Shown: piece by piece, positions 19,823-28,922 of the stretch
Layout of the letters: the number at the start of each line of letters is the position of its first letter
Numbering within the stretch: the stretch's first letter is position 1
Assembly (NCBI GenBank): GCA_048940925.1
Contig: JBHLOC010000032.1
Coordinates: forward strand, 1 to 48,207
Direction of reading: 5' to 3'
DNA length: 48,207 nt
DNA from: Promethearchaeota archaeon
Lineage (GTDB): Archaea > Asgardarchaeota > Lokiarchaeia > Sigyniarchaeales > SOKP01
Notes under the pieces: generated by a model
What the model was told of the DNA's origin: nothing
The model's input: the letters and a program-made list of their open reading frames with translations, nothing else
Databases searched by the model: none
Program-made: the position numbers and the translations under genes

Positions 19823-22408
19823 TTAAGACTTTAATTTTCTCCAAGGTTGACCAAAAAGTAAATAGCTTGATACGGCTAAACTACTTCTTAGATCTATTCT
19901 TCTAACACCTTGCAATGTATTCGATTCTTTTATCTGTTGTTCTACCATATTTTCTAGTTTTTGAGATATACAAGTTTGACGAGCTTTAAGAAGTGATACC
20001 CCTTGACTATTATTATTTAATAAATTTATAAAGAACTCGGACATTATTTGTTTTGTTTCATCATTAAATAAAGGATAAGTTCTTCCAATAATACCAATAA
20101 TTTGTTCTTGATTAAATTGTGATATTATATCCCCCAATATTCTAGGAACATTCCTTAACTTTTGACCCTCGATATTAAAGATTTGGGCATCAACAAACAA
20201 TAAAGGCTGAGTTTTAGATTCTTTTAAACAGTTGTTAATCTCATTAAATGTGATTATCTCTTGATCATTTGTAATAAAATAACTAGCTTTAGGACTCAAT
20301 TTAGAATAGAAGATATTACCTACAAAAATAATAATATGATAAATTCCGTTAGATAGTGTTGATATTATATTTTCGCGGGTAGAATTAGCACCAATCAGTG
20401 AATTGAACTGTTTAATTTCAGTCCTACCATTAAAGAAATCTAATATATAATTTAATTCATTAGCTCCAGCAGAAAATGGAAATATAAATTCTTTTTGTTT
20501 AGTATTTTCGTTCCATTTTAAAGGTCCTTTTGAATTTATCAAATCGATTATTAAGACTTCAAATGCATTGCTTATTGGTTCAAGAGTAAGTTCTTGAGGA
20601 TTCTCGGTTTCAAATGAGATCCCCCCTAAAGGAACTTCACCAATTTTGTAACCACTTGAATATTTTAACAAGAAAAAATTATTATCATAAATTAAATCAA
20701 AGGGGATAGTCATATTATCTACAATAAAGTAAATCTGGGGGATTACATTCAAACTCTCGATTTTAAATAATTTAAAAAAATCTCTTATCACTTTTGGCAA
20801 AAATATATATAATAATTCACCAAAATCAGTTAAATTAAAATTAAATTTTCTCTTTTCGGGCTCATAAAAGATTTCATTATATATCTCAAGAATCTGAGTA
20901 TCATTCCAAAATTCATTTGCGATAACACCCTCAATTATTTTATTTTCAATAGAAATCATTCGATATGAAATCATACCGTTTGAATTGATTCTTATAACTA
21001 TTTGTTTGATCGTAAAACTATCTTTATCTAATTCTGGAACTTTACTCCCATCATCGAATGAATATATTTGAGATCTTATTGGCTCTATTTCATTATATAA
21101 TGAGAAAAGGTCAATTAGGATATTTGCAAAATCTTTATCTAAATAAGGTACGATTTTCTGGGCTAGACTAAAATTTTTTTCTTCAAAAAGAGCTCGATAG
21201 AACATCATTCTCCAAAAATCACGTTGTTCTAAAGAAAAAAATAATGACTTAAATTTCCATAAAATATTACAAGTATAAAAATAATGAAATATTTGAGGGC
21301 TCGTCTGAGGTAATTTTAAATGGGTATCGAGTTTTTCTAAAGATTGTAATAGGAACTTTTTCTCTTTCATATCAACAAATTTTTTACATGCTTCAACCCA
21401 TAGTTCAATTAAAAGATTATCATAAGAAAGATCAGTCTGATAAATAAATAAATCCTCTAAAAAATCATAAATCTCAAATGCCATTTCAAAACGGTTTCGG
21501 TTAATAGCAAAATTAATGAATTTTCTGATATAAGTGACTGCATCGCCATAAGACTGAAATTTAAGGATTTTTGAGAAAATATTTTTAATAATTATGATAA
21601 TCCAAGAATATTCACCGATATTATTCAAATAATATATTAAGTCCTCTAGATCTGCCAGGATTGTATTAAAGCTTCTTTCATTGATAGAAATCCTGCTAAT
21701 GTAGCTAAACTCATTCTTGAGATATACAGGAAGTCTATTAATTAATATTTTATTAATGATTCTAACAAATTCAGAAGAATCTTCCATAAAATTATATTTA
21801 ATACATACATTTTCCAATACCATATAAATAAATAAAGATCTTTTCGCAGGTTCTAAATTGAATATTGTTCTTCCTAATTTTTCTAAACCTGAAGTGAAAT
21901 ATTCTGAAGGAGTAACTGACTTCCTCAAAAACATTAATAATATTTGCAATTCAATTAACTTCTGAAATTCTTTTCTTTCTAATAATTTTGCAGAAATAGA
22001 ATTAACAAATTTAGTAATTCCAATTTGAGATAAATCTTCATTTTTTAGGAATTCTTTTAGAAGATTAAAGCTAAAATTGTCAAATAAATAAAAATCTTCT
22101 AATTTAGATAAAAATGAGAAAAACCGTTTATATGCATCAATATATCTGATTAAATCGATTTTTACTTTTCCTTCTTCTCGTTTTACAAGTGAATTTAAAT
22201 ACATCCACCATGAATTTGAAATGATCATTACTAGTTGATGCTTCTTCTGAACATCTATCCAATCACTTTTCTCAATTACCATAGCTAAATTATCAAGAAT
22301 TTTTCCAGCCCATTGATGATTTGAAGCAAATAATAATTTTCGGGCAATAATTATCTTATTCTGGAAATTAGTTAAAAATTCCTTCTTTAATTCTAAATCA
22401 ACAGTCAT
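19823..22408 (-). CDS. Alpha-solenoid (TPR-like) + CHAT (caspase-fold) domain protein with a degenerate catalytic dyad
   Basis: CHAT hallmarks IPFDLIYD, STRENII, YHIIIFVGN (cf. IHFAGH), LLFVDAQ (cf. VFLNAC), GVSLLKAR, SYLLFGQP; all-helical N-terminal ~450 aa. Confidence 0.78.
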   Translation of the reverse strand: MTVDLELKKEFLTNFQNKIIIARKLLFASNHQWAGKILDNLAMVIEKSDWIDVQKKHQLVMIISNSWWMYLNSLVKREEGKVKIDLIRYIDAYKRFFSFLSKLEDFYLFDNFSFNLLKEFLKNEDLSQIGITKFVNSISAKLLERKEFQKLIELQILLMFLRKSVTPSEYFTSGLEKLGRTIFNLEPAKRSLFIYMVLENVCIKYNFMEDSSEFVRIINKILINRLPVYLKNEFSYISRISINERSFNTILADLEDLIYYLNNIGEYSWIIIIIKNIFSKILKFQSYGDAVTYIRKFINFAINRNRFEMAFEIYDFLEDLFIYQTDLSYDNLLIELWVEACKKFVDMKEKKFLLQSLEKLDTHLKLPQTSPQIFHYFYTCNILWKFKSLFFSLEQRDFWRMMFYRALFEEKNFSLAQKIVPYLDKDFANILIDLFSLYNEIEPIRSQIYSFDDGSKVPELDKDSFTIKQIVIRINSNGMISYRMISIENKIIEGVIANEFWNDTQILEIYNEIFYEPEKRKFNFNLTDFGELLYIFLPKVIRDFFKLFKIESLNVIPQIYFIVDNMTIPFDLIYDNNFFLLKYSSGYKIGEVPLGGISFETENPQELTLEPISNAFEVLIIDLINSKGPLKWNENTKQKEFIFPFSAGANELNYILDFFNGRTEIKQFNSLIGANSTRENIISTLSNGIYHIIIFVGNIFYSKLSPKASYFITNDQEIITFNEINNCLKESKTQPLLFVDAQIFNIEGQKLRNVPRILGDIISQFNQEQIIGIIGRTYPLFNDETKQIMSEFFINLLNNNSQGVSLLKARQTCISQKLENMVEQQIKESNTLQGVRRIDLRSSLAVSSYLLFGQPWRKLKS

Positions 22409-22444
22409 AACTTGTTAAATGCTCTTTCTAACTTGTTTAATATA

Positions 22445-23623
22445 TTAATTACTGGACTGATTTTCTTGGCTTTCTTCAGAGATTTTAGGATTATATTCCC
22501 ATCCTTTATTTAACTTTTTTTGTATCCATAACACACTCGTACCAACCCAACTAATATTATCTCTTCCTGAAGCAGCCACTACTTTTACTTGATCTCTAAT
22601 CTTTTCTGAGAAATGTTTTGCAATCTCAACATTTAATCTCTTTTCCAAACCAGGAATTAAACTTGCTCCTCCTGCGAGTATAATATTAGGTAATAATTCA
22701 CCCCAATCCTCTCTATCCCATGTTTTAATAACCTTAGCTATTACCTCTGGTAACCCTATATAGTCAATATGAATTAATGAAGGATCAAATAAAGGTTCTA
22801 CAAGTTGAAATCTCTCTGCATTAATCTCTAGTTTTGAACCATCAGGTAAATCAATCGTACTATTATATTTTGTAAATCCATCTTTAATTCGCCTAAATTC
22901 TCCCTCGGGATCAGTGATACATATGGAAAGTTTTTCTTTGATCTCCTTTGTTATCCTTTTATCAAGATATTCAACTCTTTCAGCACTTCTTCTCTTTAGT
23001 AATAAATTGAGAAGATAATTTGTTAAATCGCTCCCTGCTATCGGGTATGTGTCCCTTGCCATAATATTAGTGAAACCATGAAGGAACGATGTGATATATG
23101 TATTCTCTTCTCCCATATTGACTATCAATGCACTAGTTTTTTGTAATGCAGATAAGATACCTTGACTATCAGGAAGAAAAAGTAGAGCGGGAAATTCAAA
23201 AACATTATAAAAAATATCTCTTAATTTAGTTTTTTCTAAATCAGACATAAAAAATGGTGTTATAATAATAATGGGCTGTTTAAACTGATTTTCATTCGAA
23301 ATTTCTAATTGTTTATAATAATAATGAAAAAATTTCATCATTACATTGTAGTCAGAATGTTTTTTAATTTCCCTGATCTTAAGAATATTTGAATAGCTTA
23401 AAGCATCTTGTCCAAATAAGTGGGGTTCTACATCTTTTTCAGTAATAAAGATATCTTCTAAACCATCGATTACATCTGAAGCAAATAAATAATCAGTCCT
23501 AACAACATAAACACTAGGAGCAATAATATCTGGATAATCATTTCCCGCCCAACCTAAACGGAAATTATCATTCCCAATATCTAAGATTAATGGACGTAAT
23601 TGATTATTGCTCTTAAACGACAT
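22445..23623 (-). CDS. Divergent actin-family (actin-related) protein
   Basis: LILDIG..RLGWAG..P, EFPAL, IAGSDLTNYL, IKEK, DLPDG...ERF..EPLFDPS, ILAGGASLIPGLEKRL and SWVGTSVL are collinear with actin. Confidence 0.93.
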   Translation of the reverse strand: MSFKSNNQLRPLILDIGNDNFRLGWAGNDYPDIIAPSVYVVRTDYLFASDVIDGLEDIFITEKDVEPHLFGQDALSYSNILKIREIKKHSDYNVMMKFFHYYYKQLEISNENQFKQPIIIITPFFMSDLEKTKLRDIFYNVFEFPALLFLPDSQGILSALQKTSALIVNMGEENTYITSFLHGFTNIMARDTYPIAGSDLTNYLLNLLLKRRSAERVEYLDKRITKEIKEKLSICITDPEGEFRRIKDGFTKYNSTIDLPDGSKLEINAERFQLVEPLFDPSLIHIDYIGLPEVIAKVIKTWDREDWGELLPNIILAGGASLIPGLEKRLNVEIAKHFSEKIRDQVKVVAASGRDNISWVGTSVLWIQKKLNKGWEYNPKISEESQENQSSN

Positions 23624-23677
23624 TTCTCTATGGTTAAATTGATTTAATTACATTGTTTATAAAATAGATAAAAGTAA

Positions 23678-24550
23678 TCATGAATATGATGTTTGATGAA
23701 TTAAGTTATCAGTTTCTCGCTTCAGTTGATATTCCTTGATTTGTAATTCCAATAACCCCAAAACTCTTTTGAATTCACTAGACATGGACTCTATGTCAAC
23801 TTCAGCTATTCTTTCTACTTCATCTCGCTTTACTTTAAATAATTCTAAATCAGCTTGGATCTTTTTATATAAATTATTTATAGATACAACTAAATCTTCT
23901 GTATTTTTCTTAGTAATCTTCCGCATCTTCCTTAATATTGCTAAAATATTAGAAATTGAATTTTCCCATCTTTCGTACCTTTTATTATATCCTTTTAATA
24001 ACTCCTCAAAAAATTGCGTTAACTTAGCGTATATATTTTCCTGTTTATCCTTAAGGAAAGAAGGTTTTTCTACACTAACGGGAGGAGTTATTTGTGCAGG
24101 AGACGAAATTTCTTCAATTTCCTGAGGAGGTGGGACTACAGGCCTTGCGTCAGGGTGTGCTTTAGAAGCCACCTCTTCCTTCTTTTTTGGAGGAACTTTC
24201 GTTTTTTCTTTCCTTTTTAATTCTTTTGAAGGTTTCTCTCGATCTTTAACTGAAACCCTTTCAGATAATGGTACATCTTCTAAAATGAATTCTTCTGCAA
24301 TTTTACTCCTAGATTCATGAGATAAATGAGGTAAAACCTTTTCTTCTTCCTCACTTGGACGAACAAATCTCTGCTCTTCTGATACACCTTTTAATAACGT
24401 TTGTAATGTCGTTTCTGTTTTTTTTACCGAATGTAAAGCACCATTTAATGAATATTCTTGAACTTCTTTAATCTCAGAAACTACTTCTTCCTTAGGTTCT
24501 TCCTCTTTTTTTCTCTTTTGAGTCTTTTCTTTTTTCTTCTTTTTTGGCAT
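23678..24550 (-). CDS. Hypothetical protein: K/E-rich disordered N-terminus, Pro-rich linker, C-terminal coiled-coil bundle
   Basis: MPKKKKKE start; RPVVPPPQ; heptad-patterned C-terminal ~115 aa. Confidence 0.75.
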   Translation of the reverse strand: MPKKKKKEKTQKRKKEEEPKEEVVSEIKEVQEYSLNGALHSVKKTETTLQTLLKGVSEEQRFVRPSEEEEKVLPHLSHESRSKIAEEFILEDVPLSERVSVKDREKPSKELKRKEKTKVPPKKKEEVASKAHPDARPVVPPPQEIEEISSPAQITPPVSVEKPSFLKDKQENIYAKLTQFFEELLKGYNKRYERWENSISNILAILRKMRKITKKNTEDLVVSINNLYKKIQADLELFKVKRDEVERIAEVDIESMSSEFKRVLGLLELQIKEYQLKRETDNLIHQTSYS

Positions 24551-24602
24551 TATTAGCCCTTTTAAATTAATTCAATTAGTTAGATATAATAAAATAGTAA
24601 CT

Positions 24603-25016
24603 TCACTGAAATGCTATAACCTCAACTTTAACTGCTTGACCTTTATTAACAAGTTCTTCCTGAAGTTTATCCATGGTTATATCCTGCGGAGTTGGGCTTA
24701 TCACCGTCCAAATCGCTGTTTTGTCTTTTTCGATTACCACACTTTCACCATACATTAGAGAAATTCCCAAATCTCCAAAAACCGTAGCGATTTTAGCTAA
24801 AGAGCCAGGTGCATCTTTGATTGTAATCTTAAACTTTATTGGTCTCTGATCCTCTGAAATTCCTACAGGTGTAATCCTTATTTCTTTTGTCTCAGAATCA
24901 CTTACCAACAATAGTTGGGAATTTGTTGTAAGACCGAGATTCTTCCTAGTCACCAAAGGGAGCACAATTCTCCCGCGATTATCAATTGAAATTATCTTGA
25001 CATCTTTAATTATCAA
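24603..25016 (-). CDS. AbrB/MazE/SpoVT-type DNA-binding domain fused to an ACT domain
   Basis: SIDNRGRIVLP..RKNLGL (AbrB); IKDAPGSLAKIATVFGDLGISL (ACT). Confidence 0.88.
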   Translation of the reverse strand: MIIKDVKIISIDNRGRIVLPLVTRKNLGLTTNSQLLLVSDSETKEIRITPVGISEDQRPIKFKITIKDAPGSLAKIATVFGDLGISLMYGESVVIEKDKTAIWTVISPTPQDITMDKLQEELVNKGQAVKVEVIAFQ

Positions 25017-25272
25017 CCGCCTCTTTTATACATTTTTACATTTTTTTCAATGTTCATATTTTTTACTATTGTTTTACTGCTATAAATTTCTAACTATAAT
25101 TGATGGAGATATTCTTCTTATAATGATTAACAAAATTATTATTAATAATTTTAATGAAATCTATAGATTTGAAATATGAATGAGGATTTGAAAATGATAA
25201 GATTAAAAAAAATTTGTTTATAATAATACTTATTTAACAATTTAATTCTGTTTGACAGGTTTAGTTTTATTA

Positions 25273-26385
25273 TTATTGACTTTTTAAATCTTGTTTCTTC
25301 ACTAAAATTTCAGTGTAAAGCTTTTCGGGAGTTGAAGGTGGTTTCATTTCCTCATCTTTTCTAACTAGATGTATCGCTTCCTCAGGACATGATACCACAC
25401 AATTACCACATCCAATACATTTTCTAAGATTTATCTTAGATTTTTCTTTTCTTATCTTAATAGCTCTTACTTGACAGCGTTCAGCACATGTTCCACATCC
25501 AGTACATAATTCCAAATCTACCTCCGCAAAATGATTTGATGGTAATAGTTCAGCAGTGTTAGGCATATATTTTAAATTATTTAAAACATCACAACAACAT
25601 CCACAACAACTACAAATGAAATGTGGTGAGATAGCGTTTCCAACCTCAAACACCAATCCATCTTCTTGATTCTTTCTTAAAATATCTAGTGCCTCCTCTT
25701 TATTAATTTCTCTACCCCATTCATTATCAATGTAAAGTTGTGCCAAATGCCCTAAAGATATACAATTTTCAAGTAAAGATGTTTTCTTGCAAGGAGTACC
25801 TAACAAAACCATCCCCTTACGACAGATACAAGTTTGCACAGAAATAGGACCTTCTAAATCTTCAATAATTTTTGTTAATTCATCATAAGTAGGGATATGA
25901 TGTTCTGGTGTAACACTTTGTTCAACTGGAACTATCCGAAATTGAGAAATATTAGTGCTTAACATTTCTTTAGCAAATCCTTCGTTGATATACTGTTTAA
26001 ATGCATCTACATAATCCTTGGTAATTTTATTAACTCTATGCTCATGCATTCCCAAGACGTAAATTTCGTTTCCATAATATTTTTTGCCATCTTTTTTTTT
26101 GAAATTGATAGATCCTTTCTTAACCATAACATCTAATGACTTTTCAAGTTCTTCCTTAGCTTTACCTAAATCTTTCGTATTTTCATAAATCTCATCTAAA
26201 GTTTGGAGAGTGTATTTCAATTTTGATGCTATTTTTGCCTCTTCTGGAGTAAAAAGGAAGAATAATAGTTTGAGTTCCACACCTGATTGAGTAGCTGGAA
26301 AACCAATCGGTAATTCATCAAGATGTTGTTGAAGCTCTCGATATATTTTCGTCTCATCTTCATTTAATTCTTGCCTTGTTTCCAT
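25273..26385 (-). CDS. 4Fe-4S dicluster protein with N-terminal wHTH-like region
   Basis: CICRKG, CSCCGCCC, CTGCGTCAERC, CIGCGNCVVSCP; start moved from 26478 to the ATG at 26385 (METRQ). Confidence 0.85.
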   Translation of the reverse strand: METRQELNEDETKIYRELQQHLDELPIGFPATQSGVELKLLFFLFTPEEAKIASKLKYTLQTLDEIYENTKDLGKAKEELEKSLDVMVKKGSINFKKKDGKKYYGNEIYVLGMHEHRVNKITKDYVDAFKQYINEGFAKEMLSTNISQFRIVPVEQSVTPEHHIPTYDELTKIIEDLEGPISVQTCICRKGMVLLGTPCKKTSLLENCISLGHLAQLYIDNEWGREINKEEALDILRKNQEDGLVFEVGNAISPHFICSCCGCCCDVLNNLKYMPNTAELLPSNHFAEVDLELCTGCGTCAERCQVRAIKIRKEKSKINLRKCIGCGNCVVSCPEEAIHLVRKDEEMKPPSTPEKLYTEILVKKQDLKSQ

Positions 26386-26625
26386 ATTTGTTAACACTTT
26401 TTTAAAAATTTTTGGAAATCTATAACATAGATTTAAGATATTAACAGTTTTAAGTCTTTCATAAATATATATTGACATTTAGGTCAAATTTACTATTACA
26501 AAAATGTCTAGCAGAAATTTTAATTAAGAAATAAGTAGAATAAGAAGATGAAATTGTTACAAAATAGACTTTTTATCCTTATAAAATCAGCTCAATTTAT
26601 TAAAAATAATGGTCTAAAATACCTA

Positions 26626-28788
26626 TTATTCCTTATGAGCTTTTAATTTCACAGTGAGATCTCGAGCTCGTTTTGAATACCATACTAGTAGTTCTCCAGC
26701 ATCTTCAGGTTTGAAATACTCCCCACCACACAGAGTCGCGGCGCGTGCCATTAATTCATCGTCAGGATTTCCTAATCCCACTATATAGATAACAACATTA
26801 GGGTTTTCAGAGAATTTTCTAATTTCATTGAAAAAAGCATCACCATCAGTTGGAATCCCGTCAGTAAGTAAGACTATCATCGTTGGTTGATCGGGATTCA
26901 TTTTCTGAAATTCATCTAAGACTTGATGAGCATTTGTCATTGCAGATCCCATGTTGGTCGCTTGTCCATACGCGTTTCCTATCCTATCTACAATCATCCT
27001 AGCAGCATCTTCGAGAACTCCCTTTTTACCACTTGCAGAATCCATATAAAAACTCCCACCGAACGGGAGCACTTGGGCTTCGTCTGCAAAGCGAATTACC
27101 GAGACTTTTTCACCGAATCCTCTTCCTACTTTTTCACTTAGAAACAGCACGGCAGCAAAAGCAGCTGATATCCTGCGTGGTATCATAATTCCATCTTTAA
27201 AATGCTTTAGAAATTCTTGAATTTCTCGAGATTCCATAGCTGCTTTAATTCCCTCGATTGCGGGGGCTATGTTTGTAACAAAAACATCTCTCGCCATCAT
27301 GGACCGGCTAATATCAATAATTAAAATAGCATTAAAGGGGACTAAGCCTACAGGACTTAAGCTTAATGTTGTATTTTCAGTGACAGTGGCGAAGATATCG
27401 CCAGTAAGATCAGGAACAGTAGTTAGAACTGAGCAAGCAATATTAACAGCAGTCCATCTTAACTTTATCCCTTTGAAAATGATATAGTTAGATATCCAAC
27501 CTTTCATGGAGGTAACATTTTCTCTTGCTGTACTTATTATCTCCCACATATTTTCACCAGAGATTGGTGATATTCCGAGTGAAATGCTTTGTAGGGGAAT
27601 AATTGTTCTTGGATTCTTATAGACTTTTACTTCAAAACTTCCAATACCTGAAGCTTCGAGAATTTCACTATCAATAACAATAACATTATCTGGAGTTTCT
27701 TCTACAATATCCACTTTTCCTGCCCCCATAGCACCTGTGAGTTCATCTTCAAAAGCAAGTATGTCATTTTGATTAATAGAAAGAGAATGTTGAGTTCTTG
27801 CGCTTACTAAAGCATATCCCATCAAATTTGGTTGTGATTGGACCTCTAACATCATTTCAGAAACCTTTTGAATAGGAGGTTCTGTGGAAAAAACAACTAC
27901 TTTTTCCGCTTGAACATTAGTATCTTCATATGTATCCCTACTCATTTTTATTTCATTACTACCAATGTTCGCTTGGTCGATTCTTGCTGATCCCCTTGAT
28001 CTGGTCAAGGGATCTTCCCATCCTATCAACATCCCTTGACCTAAACCCAATTGTTGCAAAATAGTGGGACTTAACTGGACTCTTCCGCCTTCAATATTAT
28101 TATCCACTGTAGCAGTAAGAATAATCCCTTTTATTTGACTTTGTAACATTTTTATATCTATTTTATTAGGATATGGTTCAGTTGGAGCAATTTCTTGAGA
28201 AATAGGTTGTTCTATTGTAGGTTGAGGTGGACGAGTAGGCATAGGAGATAAACTGGGTTGAGGTGCAGGAGTAGGCTGAGGACTTGGTGGAGGTGTAAAT
28301 GTTGGTTGAGGTGCGGGAGTAGGTTGAGGCATAGGTGTAGGTCGAGTTGATGGTGAAGGTGTTAGGGATGGTTGAGGTTCTGGAGTGGGTTGAGGTATTG
28401 GTTGAGTCGCGGGAGGAGGTGTAGGTAATGGAGATAATGAAGGTTGGGTTCCTGGTGCAGGAGTTGGTGCTTGTCTTTTTGTTGGAACCTTTGGTACTTT
28501 TAATTCTGGTTGAAGGGTTGGAGTTGCAGTTTTAGTTCCAGGACGTACTATTAATTCTACTCCTGAAAATTGTAAATCATCCAAAATATTTTTAGCAAAT
28601 TGTCCAGCAAAATCTAACATATCATCAGAAATTTCTACTATTGCTGTTTTTTTTAGATTATTGTCACTATTTACAACATCTACTGGATCCCCATTCTTTA
28701 TTCCTAATTTATCAGCATTAGATTTACAAATTATTACTTTATTTGTTATTTCTGGATTACCATCAACAAATAGTTTAATCTCAGGCAT
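26626..28788 (-). CDS. Cdc48/NSF-N-like double-psi beta-barrel domains + Pro-rich linker + vWA domain protein
   Basis: Three barrel-like units (ADKLGIKNGDPV; LQQLGLGQGML; QHSLSINQNDIL); Nc-like subdomain ending ATVTENTTLSL; MIDAS DISRS...ATNM...LLTDG; IYIVGLG. Confidence 0.8.
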   Translation of the reverse strand: MPEIKLFVDGNPEITNKVIICKSNADKLGIKNGDPVDVVNSDNNLKKTAIVEISDDMLDFAGQFAKNILDDLQFSGVELIVRPGTKTATPTLQPELKVPKVPTKRQAPTPAPGTQPSLSPLPTPPPATQPIPQPTPEPQPSLTPSPSTRPTPMPQPTPAPQPTFTPPPSPQPTPAPQPSLSPMPTRPPQPTIEQPISQEIAPTEPYPNKIDIKMLQSQIKGIILTATVDNNIEGGRVQLSPTILQQLGLGQGMLIGWEDPLTRSRGSARIDQANIGSNEIKMSRDTYEDTNVQAEKVVVFSTEPPIQKVSEMMLEVQSQPNLMGYALVSARTQHSLSINQNDILAFEDELTGAMGAGKVDIVEETPDNVIVIDSEILEASGIGSFEVKVYKNPRTIIPLQSISLGISPISGENMWEIISTARENVTSMKGWISNYIIFKGIKLRWTAVNIACSVLTTVPDLTGDIFATVTENTTLSLSPVGLVPFNAILIIDISRSMMARDVFVTNIAPAIEGIKAAMESREIQEFLKHFKDGIMIPRRISAAFAAVLFLSEKVGRGFGEKVSVIRFADEAQVLPFGGSFYMDSASGKKGVLEDAARMIVDRIGNAYGQATNMGSAMTNAHQVLDEFQKMNPDQPTMIVLLTDGIPTDGDAFFNEIRKFSENPNVVIYIVGLGNPDDELMARAATLCGGEYFKPEDAGELLVWYSKRARDLTVKLKAHKE
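28200..28470 (-). repeat. Coding Pro/Gln/Thr-rich repeats (PQPTPAPQP)
   Basis: Repeated ggttgaggt motifs; translation PQPTPEPQPSL / PQPTPAPQPTF / PQPTPAPQPSL. Confidence 0.85.
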
Positions 28789-28922
28789 AATGACTCATTT
28801 GGGTTTTAAATTTATTTTGATATAAAATTCTTTATTAACCTTTATTTGATGATTTATTTTTGAAATTACTTTATAAATTTTATATTAATATCTATATAGG
28901 ATTAATTAATTTCAATTATTTT

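Noticed and set aside
16938-22408. CHAT + PLD + methylase + helicase as a defence system (Craspase-, BREX- or DISARM-like)
   Set aside because: CHAT and PLD catalytic residues are absent, the helicase is an ordinary DEAD-box type, and no other components of those systems are present; not fully excluded
24603-25016. AbrB/MazE antitoxin of a toxin-antitoxin pair
   Set aside because: Fused to an ACT domain, with no PIN/MazF-like neighbour
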